A stretch of 64,000 bases of DNA from Candidatus Obscuribacterales bacterium (GTDB taxonomy: Bacteria > Cyanobacteriota > Vampirovibrionia > Obscuribacterales > Obscuribacteraceae). The notes under the pieces are model-generated. The model did no database searches. It saw nothing but the letters and a program-made list of their open reading frames with translations, and had not been told where the DNA came from. The position numbers and the translations under genes were made by a program. The stretch is from NCBI GenBank assembly GCA_965228855.1, contig CBDDIJ010000003.1, positions 1,344,001 through 1,408,000 of the forward strand, given 5' to 3'. This document shows positions 21,267-30,036 of this stretch, in pieces. Positions within the stretch are counted from its first letter, which is position 1. Every line of letters begins with the position of its first letter.

Positions 21267-21382
21267 CCGGAAAGTCCTTCACTGAATTTTGCCCGGCTTG
21301 CATAATACTATGAAATCACTGTAGCCAATGACTTTGAGCATCGTAAACGATAGAAACCAAGCTTCAGTGGGAACTGTTTTCT
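21267..21382 (+). ncRNA. Candidate structured non-coding RNA (Y-RNA-like), copy 1
   Basis: The 5' end GGAAAGTCCTTCACTGAA (21269-21286) can pair with the 3' end TTCAGTGGGAACTGTTTTCT (21363-21382). Inner helix GCTTG/CAAGC; hairpins CATA-ATAC-TATG and ATCG-TAAA-CGAT. The same motif recurs at 34327. Confidence 0.55.
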
Positions 21383-21429
21383 GAGTCGATCTGAGCCGCT
21401 ATGATGGCGAAGGTTGTGGGAAGGAGGTA

Positions 21430-21684
21430 GTGATGATGAATAACGACCCACGTTTGAACTTTCGCCCGGACGGCAGAACCGCTGTTCTCCACTTGCGTTT
21501 CGACGGTCTAAGCCGAGACATTGAACTGGATCTTCTGGACCTGGGCGTGGCCGCTTCCGACGCGTCGATAAGAGCGGTGGTTGCAAGATTCGTCGACGTT
21601 CCTGCAGCAAAGCTTAGCGAATACGTTGTGGAACGACACGAAAACGGCAATCTAACACTTCGCCCTGAAGCGGTATTTGGATGA
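21430..21684 (+). CDS. Small putative ubiquitin-like (beta-grasp) protein with C-terminal Gly
   Basis: Strong RBS AAGGAGG at 21421-21427. About 83 aa with a strand-strand-helix-strand-strand pattern, ending NLTLRPEAVFG. First gene of an operon with a ThiF/E1 gene. Confidence 0.75.
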   Translation: MMMNNDPRLNFRPDGRTAVLHLRFDGLSRDIELDLLDLGVAASDASIRAVVARFVDVPAAKLSEYVVERHENGNLTLRPEAVFG

Positions 21685-22634
21685 GCGACGATCCGTTGTC
21701 GTTGATCAGAAGTTTTTCCGACGCCGAGAAAAAATTGGCGTCGGAGATTTTTCTTGCGCCGTATGTGCCAGGTGGAAAGATCACCGTCAAAGTTAAGGGT
21801 GTCGTGCTTTCAGCATCAGTCGTTGACGAAGGTCCGCTTGCCGAAACGCCAGGATTCGGACTTTTTAGAATCACAGAATCATCCAAGGCCGGTTATGTTG
21901 CGAAGCCAACCTTCGCTCAAGTTGAGGCTTATCTGAAGCTGATGCCCAGAGTGAGCCTGACGCTAATTGAAGAATTCGATGGACACTGGTGGGGCGTGCA
22001 GGCACAGTCGTCGGATACAAGATTTGACTTGAAGGACCCGGTTCCGGTGCGCCTGACAGAACGCGGTGCGTCTTTCCAGCAGATATTCGCAAGATTCGAC
22101 GGCTCCTCGTTTTGGTACCAGTGTGAAAATCGTAGACGCGATCCTGTGATTGCGCGCAAGTTGCGGGATGCGTTGGACCGTGACGTCTTGCCGGACGAGG
22201 TACGGATCTCCGGCGCGACCCCGAGCGAATTGTTCGCCTATCGAATAATATTCTTCAGCCGGCACCCTGAACTAGCTCCTATAGAATCAGAGCCAGAACA
22301 GCAAGTTGCTGATGAATTTGTCGAGAGTTCATCGCAGGATTCGTTTTCAATGCAAGGAGGAGTGCACAGGAATCAGTGGGTCAACTCGGATTTGAGACGA
22401 CTGCGTGACGCCCTGGCTCATGCTGGCGCACGACTTGACGGATATTGGACAAACGGCTCAACCGAGATGACAGTTCGATATGTTGTGGACGGGCATTCAC
22501 ACACTGCGAACGTTCGACTTCATGATTTGACTGTAGTCAGTTCCGGAATTTGTCTAAGCGGGCGGGATGAAGATTTTGATCTGACCAGTCTTGTAGGTGT
22601 CATGCGCGAATTTCATAGAAACGAATACTACTGA
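21681..22634 (+). CDS. Hypothetical protein in the Ubl-E1 operon with C-terminal SGICLSG motif
   Basis: 317 aa; ATGA overlap with the upstream gene; C-terminus TVVSSGICLSGRDEDFDLTSLVGVMRE. Confidence 0.8.
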   Translation: MSDDPLSLIRSFSDAEKKLASEIFLAPYVPGGKITVKVKGVVLSASVVDEGPLAETPGFGLFRITESSKAGYVAKPTFAQVEAYLKLMPRVSLTLIEEFDGHWWGVQAQSSDTRFDLKDPVPVRLTERGASFQQIFARFDGSSFWYQCENRRRDPVIARKLRDALDRDVLPDEVRISGATPSELFAYRIIFFSRHPELAPIESEPEQQVADEFVESSSQDSFSMQGGVHRNQWVNSDLRRLRDALAHAGARLDGYWTNGSTEMTVRYVVDGHSHTANVRLHDLTVVSSGICLSGRDEDFDLTSLVGVMREFHRNEYY

Positions 22635-22645
22635 GGATTAAACCT

Positions 22646-23281
22646 GTGACTAAGTTGCATCATGAGGTTGTCTATCGAGGCAAAGAGACAATAAGCAGGC
22701 TCGGGGACGCTAGGCTGGTGGTATGCGGTGCGGGCTCGCTAGGCTCTAATCTTGTAACGCAGATATGCCGACAAGGTTTTAAGAACATATGCGTTGTGGA
22801 TCGCGACAGAGTCGAGGAGTCGAATCTTGGAACTCAAGTTTACTCTCTCGACGACATAGGTGCGCTCAAGGCCGAGGTATTGAGAAACTTGATCTATCGC
22901 GAGGTAGGCGAGGAAATCAGAGCTGTTTCTAAAGAACTCAACGATAAAACTGCGGCTAAGTTTTTAAGTGATTGCGACCTGGTTGTCGATGCCTTCGATA
23001 ACTCTGTTTCGCGTCGACTCGTGACTGATTTTTGCAAGTCAAATAGCGTTCCGTGCTTGCACATCGGTGTAAACGGCGACTACGGAGAACTGCGCTGGAA
23101 TGATAGGTACATCGTCCCCTCTGATGCAGGTGACGATGTTTGCGACTATCCTCTAGCAAGAAATTTGGTTCTGCTCGTAACTGCCGTTGCCGCTGAAGCG
23201 TTGATTCGCTTTATCCTCGATGGTTCAATGAAAAACTATTCGGTGACGCTGAGGGATCTTTCAGTGAACTGCGATGATTAA
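22646..23281 (+). CDS. ThiF/MoeB/E1-family adenylyltransferase (minimal, no CxxC pairs)
   Basis: VCGAGSLGS, VDRDRVEESNLGTQ, KAE, VVDAFDN, and a candidate catalytic Cys in DVCDYP; RBS GAGGA before GTG. Confidence 0.92.
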   Translation: MTKLHHEVVYRGKETISRLGDARLVVCGAGSLGSNLVTQICRQGFKNICVVDRDRVEESNLGTQVYSLDDIGALKAEVLRNLIYREVGEEIRAVSKELNDKTAAKFLSDCDLVVDAFDNSVSRRLVTDFCKSNSVPCLHIGVNGDYGELRWNDRYIVPSDAGDDVCDYPLARNLVLLVTAVAAEALIRFILDGSMKNYSVTLRDLSVNCDD

Positions 23282-23600
23282 ACGCAGTTCGTTTATTGCA
23301 TTCGCTAGGAAACCTGAAGGAACGCAATGAGATTAACGCAGTCGCTCAGGGAACCTGAACGGACGCAATCAGTTTATTGCATTCGCTCAGGAACCTGAAG
23401 GAACGCAATGAGATTAACGCAGTCGCTCAGGGAGCCTGAACAGCCTCAATGAGTTTATTGCATTCGGTCAGGAACCTGAACGGACGCAATCAGTTTACTG
23501 CATTCGCTCAGGAACCTGAAGGAACGCAATGAAATTATGGCATTTGCTCAGGGAGCCTGAAGGAACGCAATGAGTTTATTGGACTCGCTCAGGGAGCCCG
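23281..23600. repeat. Tandem array of 8 imperfect 40/41-bp units containing the palindrome TCAGG-(G)A(A/G)-CCTGA (degenerate in the first and last units)
   Basis: CCTGA starts at 23313, 23354, 23394, 23435, 23475, 23515 and 23556, with a degenerate copy at 23597 (periods 41,40,41,40,40,41,41). Consensus approximately AACGCAATGAGTTTATTGCATTCGCTCAGGAACCTGAAGG. Confidence 0.95.
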
Positions 23601-23788
23601 TCCCGTTAAAAATAAACATTGCAGTAATTCAAACACTTGAGCTAGAATCAATCTCAACACAAATTCCGAACAGCAGAGAATAACCGTACAAGCCGTTCGG
23701 AGAGTCATCATTTAAAAAGCTTGAGCTGAAAAAACATCCAATTTGGAAAGTTCCCCATTTGTACGGTAGTCATTCGGGGGTACTCGTC

Positions 23789-24592
23789 ATGTTTGAACGT
23801 TTGAATTCCTCTTTCCTCGATTCGCTCGAATCGAGTAGAGATTTCCGTAAACAACTTGCCCAGGAACGTTGGAGGGACGGTTTCAATTGTCCTCGTTGCG
23901 GCTGCACCAAAGGGTATGCCTTGCAGACGCGCGACATTGTCGAATGTGCAGGCTGCAAGAAGCAGACTTCATCGACATCCGGAACTGCTTTTCATGGCAT
24001 TAGACGACTGGTTGAATTTGGCAAGGCATTAAAAGATTTCTGCACGGGAAATCATATTTCGGCGGCGCAGCACGCGCGGAACTCTGGCATTGATCCTGGC
24101 ACAGCCTGGACTCATCTTCAGAAAATTCGTTCCGTTTTTGCGTCTGCACCGCTTGAAACCGCTTGCATCGATGTGCCCTGCACCATTTTTAAGCCGGCAT
24201 TGATCAAGCAAGGTAAGGAAGATGAGCACTATTGCGCGACTTCTCCGAAGGCGAGTGCTCAAGAAATCATCGCAGTCACGATTTTAAATTCAGCAACCGA
24301 ATCTAACGCCAAATTGCCTGCCTCCATGATTCATTCGGCATTGTCGTTTCTACTGTCTGTGTTTCGTGGCGTGAGCCGGAAATATTCCCAGCTTTATCTA
24401 GCTGAGTTCAACTGGATCGTAGAAGATAGAACGATCAGTTTTAGTGATGCTTTGGCGATGTGTCTGCGCGGTCACCCGATAATTCGCGATGATATAACAG
24501 ATTTTTCGTCTCCTTTTCTTTTGCGCATAGTGGATACGGAATTCGCCGGTTGTCGAGCGCCGCCGACGATCAAAATCGGCGCATTTGATTAG
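23789..24592 (+). CDS. IS1595-family transposase-derived protein (Zn-ribbon + HTH), apparently lacking the DDE catalytic core
   Basis: RWRDGFNCPRCG...ECAGCKKQTSSTSGTAFH zinc ribbon and C-terminal FRGVSRKYSQLYLAEF are typical of IS1595 transposases. No DE/TD catalytic motifs are visible between them. Likely start ATG 23789. Confidence 0.75.
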   Translation: MFERLNSSFLDSLESSRDFRKQLAQERWRDGFNCPRCGCTKGYALQTRDIVECAGCKKQTSSTSGTAFHGIRRLVEFGKALKDFCTGNHISAAQHARNSGIDPGTAWTHLQKIRSVFASAPLETACIDVPCTIFKPALIKQGKEDEHYCATSPKASAQEIIAVTILNSATESNAKLPASMIHSALSFLLSVFRGVSRKYSQLYLAEFNWIVEDRTISFSDALAMCLRGHPIIRDDITDFSSPFLLRIVDTEFAGCRAPPTIKIGAFD

Positions 24593-24668
24593 ATTAAGGC
24601 ATTCTCTCTTTGAATGCTAAAGTGGCATGATATGTTGTCCTACTGCATATTTCTAATTCGATTCGCCC

Positions 24669-26105
24669 ATGATTGAAGACATCTTTTTTGACATCGCTTC
24701 GCAGTTTGGGATTGAAAAGGTTCCGCGCGCCCCTGAGTTTTTTCAATTCAACTCGACGGAAAAGCTTATGTCTGTCGAGGATTGGTTTAGGAACATTCTT
24801 GATGAGACGAAAGATCACTGCGTAGACTTCTCGAGAACAATAATCGAGAGCAGTTGTTGGTATGTCGAGATACAAGGAGACGGAGCGATTCGTTTACGCG
24901 ACGTCCATCAGGGTGAATTTGATCTGGCTATCGATCGCCAGGCTAAATCGGTAAAGGGAAAGAAGCGCGGACAGGGCGGGAAATTGCTTGCTATTTTCGT
25001 GGATGAGCCAAGAAACTACGCAACCAAGAACATGACAGGACGCGATCTCTTGAGGTCGTTAACAGATTCTGTAGACGGGCTACTTGTCCATCTACCGAAT
25101 AAAGCTGCCGTCGAATTTCCGCGTTCGGACTTTCGAGATTTCAACGGATTCGCTCAGATGTGTGAGCTTGAAGAGATGCTTCTCTTTCCAGCAAACAATC
25201 AGATCGAGAAGCTGCTGGAAGCGACATGGTTTGTAGAAAAAAACGAGGATGGTTCTCTACTTCTTAATTGGGCACCCGACTGTAAACAGCTAGTGCATGT
25301 ACACACTCATCCGAGCAAAGCCAGTTCGTTTGACGCTTATCGATTGAAGCCAATGAGCGGACATGAACTGTTTCATTCCCTTTTAGAGAATCAGACCGCC
25401 AATGGGATTGTCGTCAACCTGATCAGCACAATTGGAGTACAGCCATCTCTCAGGCAGTTGTTTCTGTCACGTTCGATAGTCAAAAACATAGTACAGGGGC
25501 TCGATACACGCGTAGGCGTGAATCCGCTGCCCATCCGACACACGGATGAGATCTCGGATTGGCTCGACATGCGCAAGTTCCCTGTTGCCGATCGAAAAAT
25601 TATCGACGCACCCTTCGAAGAGTATACTCTGTATCGAGCTGTGGTACCGCAGGGCTGCGAAATTTCTATGCAGGAAGCGGGTAAGCAAAGGGAGACGCCT
25701 GGACCGACCTGGAGTCCCGTGTTTATTCAGTCAAAAATAAGTCCGATCGCAAGCAGTGAGCCAAGTCGTATTGTCTGTCCAGGTTTTTACGCCGAGCAAC
25801 TGGGCGCGCATTTCCTTGTGGGTGGCTCTGACCCCAGGCGATTTAATCCTGGATCAAATTTTTTGATTGGCAAAAGGATCGATGACTACTCAATTGAGCA
25901 AGCGATGAGAAGAGAACGATGGGCGTCGGAACTTCTAAAATTTCTTCCTCCAGGAGGGGATACGATCCCTCGTGACGCTTTCCACACAGCCAAAGGTGCT
26001 TCTTTGGCTCAAGAATTTCCGCATGCAGCAAAACGAGACTGGATCGAAGCGACTTTGAAGCAGGCTCAGAAATTTACTAAACCTTGGGTCTGGTTCAACT
26101 CTTAG
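24669..26105 (+). CDS. Hypothetical protein
   Basis: 478 aa uninterrupted ORF; no recognised motif. Confidence 0.7.
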   Translation: MIEDIFFDIASQFGIEKVPRAPEFFQFNSTEKLMSVEDWFRNILDETKDHCVDFSRTIIESSCWYVEIQGDGAIRLRDVHQGEFDLAIDRQAKSVKGKKRGQGGKLLAIFVDEPRNYATKNMTGRDLLRSLTDSVDGLLVHLPNKAAVEFPRSDFRDFNGFAQMCELEEMLLFPANNQIEKLLEATWFVEKNEDGSLLLNWAPDCKQLVHVHTHPSKASSFDAYRLKPMSGHELFHSLLENQTANGIVVNLISTIGVQPSLRQLFLSRSIVKNIVQGLDTRVGVNPLPIRHTDEISDWLDMRKFPVADRKIIDAPFEEYTLYRAVVPQGCEISMQEAGKQRETPGPTWSPVFIQSKISPIASSEPSRIVCPGFYAEQLGAHFLVGGSDPRRFNPGSNFLIGKRIDDYSIEQAMRRERWASELLKFLPPGGDTIPRDAFHTAKGASLAQEFPHAAKRDWIEATLKQAQKFTKPWVWFNS

Positions 26106-26136
26106 GGGAATAATCTAAGGGAACCGCAATCGAGTT

Positions 26137-28917
26137 TTGTCTGTGACTACGCAAGCTGAACTTTGCGACATCTGTGGTCAGCCAAAATCTTCTGGTTTGA
26201 CTGGCAGTTTCACCCAATGGGTGAATTCGTGTCGATGCGAAGTGTTAGACAATGAGAAGTCGAATGTCCAGATATGTGGTCTTTGCGGAAAACAGTTAGA
26301 TGCTGGAAACACTGGGAGTTTCACACAGTGGGTTCTTCAACCTCAGAACTGCTCTTGCGCTAATCCGGTCGTTCTTGAATCAAACGGTGATGGCGACAGC
26401 GCAAATTCCGAAGAGTCAAAATCAACATCCGCTCGACAGCCTGATCGTCCTACCGGTGAGATTGGAGATCTTAACGCCAGCAACTTTCCTGTCTCGAGAT
26501 ACAAGCCAATCAGCATGCTCGGTATGGGCGGCGGTGGACTCGTCTATTTGTGCTTCGACAAGCATCTTCGCAAGAACGTTGCTGTGAAAATTTTGAGGGT
26601 GACTCAACCAGAACAGATTGTCCAGTTTCAAGCTGAGGCAAAAGTTACGGCCAAGTTCAAACATCCAAACATTGTGTCTATATTGGACTTCGGTTCAACT
26701 GACACAGGGGCACCGTTTATGGTGCTGGAATATGTTGAGGGCAAATCACTCGATGTGCTAATTCAGGAGAGAGGTCCGCTACCTGAGCTGGTTGCTGCTG
26801 AACTTTTTATTCAGATTGCTGAGGCGATCGAGAAAGGTCATGAGTATGGAATTTTTCATCGTGACATTAAAAGCTCCAACATAATAATTTCACAGTCAAA
26901 AAACAATGCGCAAGCCAGAGTCATCGACTTCGGAATCGCTATGGTGGCATCCTCAGAAGACGTCGATTTCCATGGGAAACATTTGGTCGGAACGCCTAAA
27001 TATATGTCTCCGGACCAGATTGCAGGCCGAACATTTGATGCGCGCTCAGACCTGTACTCTTTCGGGTGTGTGATGTACGAGACTCTTCTGGGCCGGTTGC
27101 CGTTCTCCGGCAATGCTATGGCGTTACTGGAGAAGCATTCTAATGCAAAACCTCCTGCATTCGCTGAGATGTCTCCGGATGCAGACATCTCGCAGACTAT
27201 GGAGAGAGTGGTGTTGCGTTGCCTGGAAAAGCATCCTGATGCTCGCTATCAAAGCTTTTCTGATTTGAAATCTGCTCTGCAAAATATAGCGAAAGATGAC
27301 TTGCTAAGTGTTTCCTCTGTTCAGCGTGTTTTGTCGGAAGACAATTTAGTTGACGTGAGTCAGAATTCGAACGGAATCACAGAATCAGAAGCAGACTATC
27401 AGAACAGGAGGGGCACCAAATATGGTATCAGCACTTCCGGTGATAAAGTAAAGCCGGACCAGGCGAGCCAGTTGATTTTAGCTCTTCTTGCTATTCTGGG
27501 CGTTGGTTTGATATCGTTCGTTGGTTATCTGTTGTTGAGACCTGACGAAACAGAGGACTCAAGAATAGTGAGCTCTGCGATTAACGGAACGTCTGACCAG
27601 CATCTTGACGCTGCCGGTCGACCTCAGGATGAAGAAGATAGTGTTGGGAGTTTTGATGGTTTCCACGAATTAGCGCCCCTGAATGCACAAGCAATCAAGC
27701 TCGAGAAAGCTTTTAAATATGCCGCCTCCGAGTCTGCTTACACTCGCGCTATCTCTTTAGACGAAGGCAACTCGCAGTGGTACCGCTTTCGTGGTTTGTC
27801 CAGAATGTACCAGGGCAAGTTCGAAGAAGCCCTTGGAGATTTCAACACGGCCATCCGACTTAAGGCTTCAGACGACAATTTCAGAGCGCGGGCCGAATAC
27901 TACATGAACGCGGGAAATTATACCAAGGCGGAAGCTGACATCATTTCTGCAATTTCCGAAGGACCAAATGCCGTAAATAACTACATTGTTCAGGCTCGGA
28001 TAAATTCAGATATGGTCGACAACTCCAACGTTCAACTGGAGCGTGCCCTACGAGCCACTGATAGAGCTTTGCACCTGGAGCCGGAGCGAATTGAAACACA
28101 GGCTCAGCGTTTGATTGTGGAAGCCAGGCTGAAAAAGGACAAATCAATTACCGAGAGAACCTCGCATGAAATAGCTGCTAAGGGCTCTAATAATGCTTTC
28201 TCACTTTATTGCCTGGCTAGGTATTCGGAGTTAACTGGTGATTGGAATTCTGCTTTAAAATGGGTGTCCCGTGCGATCATCCTGAACCCGACTTCGTGGA
28301 AATCATACGAGTTGCGCGCCGATACCCTTAAAAAGCTTGCGCTGGAAGCCAAGCAAGGGAAGGAAGTGCAGTATGACGACCAGGTTCTTTCGGCAGCCGA
28401 TTGTAAAAGTCGAGCTATGAGCGATTACTACAAGGCGACCTCACTGAATCCGCTAAATGCGAAACTGCTTGTGGAGGTCGCGAAGTTCCATCGTGAGCTT
28501 AATCAGGTTGAAAGTGAAATCAAATATCTGTCGCAGGCGATCGAACTCGAACCTAACCAGGCGGATCTCTACAGGCTGCGTGCTGATGCGAAGCACCGAG
28601 CCGTTATGAATGAGGATGCGGTAGAAGATTGCGAGACCGCAATTGCACTCGGGGAAATTAACCCTGATGTGTATTTGCTGAAGGCCAACTCGCTGGTCGA
28701 CCTCAATCGTCCGCAAGAGGCGGAGCGTGCTTTTTCACAGAGCATTAAGCTGGATGCAGCTAATGCCGATGTGTACTTGTACCGCGCGAAGTTCCGGAGG
28801 CAGCGACGCGAGTACACAAAAGCAGTCGAAGACTACGAGAAAGTTCTACAGCTTAGACCTGGTGAGCAAGATGCTCTAGCTGGAAAGCGTCTTGCGCTAG
28901 AGGAGATGAAAGAGTAA
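26137..28917 (+). CDS. Membrane Ser/Thr kinase with duplicated N-terminal Cys-rich motif and C-terminal TPR array
   Basis: GMGGGGLVY, VAVK, HRDIKSSN, DFG, GTPKYMSPD; one TM; many TPRs. Confidence 0.93.
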   Translation: MSVTTQAELCDICGQPKSSGLTGSFTQWVNSCRCEVLDNEKSNVQICGLCGKQLDAGNTGSFTQWVLQPQNCSCANPVVLESNGDGDSANSEESKSTSARQPDRPTGEIGDLNASNFPVSRYKPISMLGMGGGGLVYLCFDKHLRKNVAVKILRVTQPEQIVQFQAEAKVTAKFKHPNIVSILDFGSTDTGAPFMVLEYVEGKSLDVLIQERGPLPELVAAELFIQIAEAIEKGHEYGIFHRDIKSSNIIISQSKNNAQARVIDFGIAMVASSEDVDFHGKHLVGTPKYMSPDQIAGRTFDARSDLYSFGCVMYETLLGRLPFSGNAMALLEKHSNAKPPAFAEMSPDADISQTMERVVLRCLEKHPDARYQSFSDLKSALQNIAKDDLLSVSSVQRVLSEDNLVDVSQNSNGITESEADYQNRRGTKYGISTSGDKVKPDQASQLILALLAILGVGLISFVGYLLLRPDETEDSRIVSSAINGTSDQHLDAAGRPQDEEDSVGSFDGFHELAPLNAQAIKLEKAFKYAASESAYTRAISLDEGNSQWYRFRGLSRMYQGKFEEALGDFNTAIRLKASDDNFRARAEYYMNAGNYTKAEADIISAISEGPNAVNNYIVQARINSDMVDNSNVQLERALRATDRALHLEPERIETQAQRLIVEARLKKDKSITERTSHEIAAKGSNNAFSLYCLARYSELTGDWNSALKWVSRAIILNPTSWKSYELRADTLKKLALEAKQGKEVQYDDQVLSAADCKSRAMSDYYKATSLNPLNAKLLVEVAKFHRELNQVESEIKYLSQAIELEPNQADLYRLRADAKHRAVMNEDAVEDCETAIALGEINPDVYLLKANSLVDLNRPQEAERAFSQSIKLDAANADVYLYRAKFRRQRREYTKAVEDYEKVLQLRPGEQDALAGKRLALEEMKE

Positions 28918-28929
28918 AAGAATCCGCAT

Positions 28930-30036
28930 CTACGAGGAATTTTGATTAGATTCGATTGGGATGGTGAAACAAAATTCGCTGCCGCTACCATTGGTGCTTT
29001 CGACCCAGATTTTTCCTCTGTGCTTTTCAACCAGACCCTTGCAGATTGAAAGACCGAGACCCACTCCCCGTCTTTTCGTTTCCTTCGGCTGCTCTAATTG
29101 TTTGTATCGTTCGAAGATAGCTGTGCGAAGATGGTCAGGCACACCGGGACCCTGGTCTCTTACTTTGAAGAGCACGTCGGTTCCGTGTAGTCCTGCCGTT
29201 ACGAAGACCGCTGCACCTGCGGGCGAAAATTTGATCGCATTGCCTATCAAGTTGCAAATTATTCGAACGACCCGGTCCTCATCTGCAATCAGCGCATCAT
29301 TCGTGATCTCTTTTATCAAAGTAACATTGCTGGCATTTGCTGTGCCCTGACACGAATCCAACGCCTTGTCCACGATTCTTTGTGTGGTCGTCGGCTGGAC
29401 ATCGAGTTGGAAATCTCCTGAATCAATTTGCTCAGAATCGAGCAGATCGTTTACCAGAGAAACCATTAGATTGATACTCGATTCTGCTCGGTTAACATTC
29501 TTCCTGAACTTTTCCGAAACCTCTCCAAAGGTGCCTGCGACGATCATCTGCAAGAACAAACCCATTGAAGACAACGGAGTTCTCAAATCATGGCTTACCA
29601 TGGCAAGAAAGTCCTGTCGGAGTCGTTCCAAGCGATGGCGCTCGGTTACATCCTGTAGATGTGCAAAAATCAAATCGTCTTGCCATTCGTTCACATAGAT
29701 CTCGACCGGAATGCGTTCACCGCTTTTCTTCAATGCCATCGTCCGTAGTGGCTCCGGTGTGTAGTCCAGCCGCTCCAATTCAGGGAATACCAGACCGATT
29801 TTTTTCCCTTTCAGTTCCCTCGGCTCGTTGTATTCCAGTAGCTGTCGCCCCACCGCGTTAATGGTTTCAATTCGCTGTTGGCGGTTTATCACAATAAGAC
29901 CCAGTGGAATAGAATGCAGAATCTTGCGAATCCGCTCTCCTTGATCCGCAAGCGCTGCTGCCTGCTTTTTTACGAGCGCGCGCAGCTCATCCTGCGTTTG
30001 TAGAGTTTGAGCTGAGTTTCCTGGATAATCAGGCAT
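28930..30036 (-). CDS. Cytoplasmic PAS-domain histidine kinase
   Basis: PAS domain, MVSHDLRTPL H-box, NLIGNAIKFS, DQGPG, GLGLSIC. Confidence 0.95.
   Translation of the reverse strand: MPDYPGNSAQTLQTQDELRALVKKQAAALADQGERIRKILHSIPLGLIVINRQQRIETINAVGRQLLEYNEPRELKGKKIGLVFPELERLDYTPEPLRTMALKKSGERIPVEIYVNEWQDDLIFAHLQDVTERHRLERLRQDFLAMVSHDLRTPLSSMGLFLQMIVAGTFGEVSEKFRKNVNRAESSINLMVSLVNDLLDSEQIDSGDFQLDVQPTTTQRIVDKALDSCQGTANASNVTLIKEITNDALIADEDRVVRIICNLIGNAIKFSPAGAAVFVTAGLHGTDVLFKVRDQGPGVPDHLRTAIFERYKQLEQPKETKRRGVGLGLSICKGLVEKHRGKIWVESTNGSGSEFCFTIPIESNQNSS

Noticed and set aside
21430..23281. ThiS/ThiF or MoaD/MoeB cofactor biosynthesis operon
   Set aside because: The small protein ends in FG rather than GG, the E1 lacks CxxC pairs, and no thi/moa genes are nearby.
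23281..23600. CRISPR array
   Set aside because: Units are contiguous near-copies with no unique spacers, and no cas genes are recognisable in the window.
23600..24600. Active IS1595 insertion sequence
   Set aside because: No catalytic DDE motifs, terminal inverted repeats or target duplications were recognisable.
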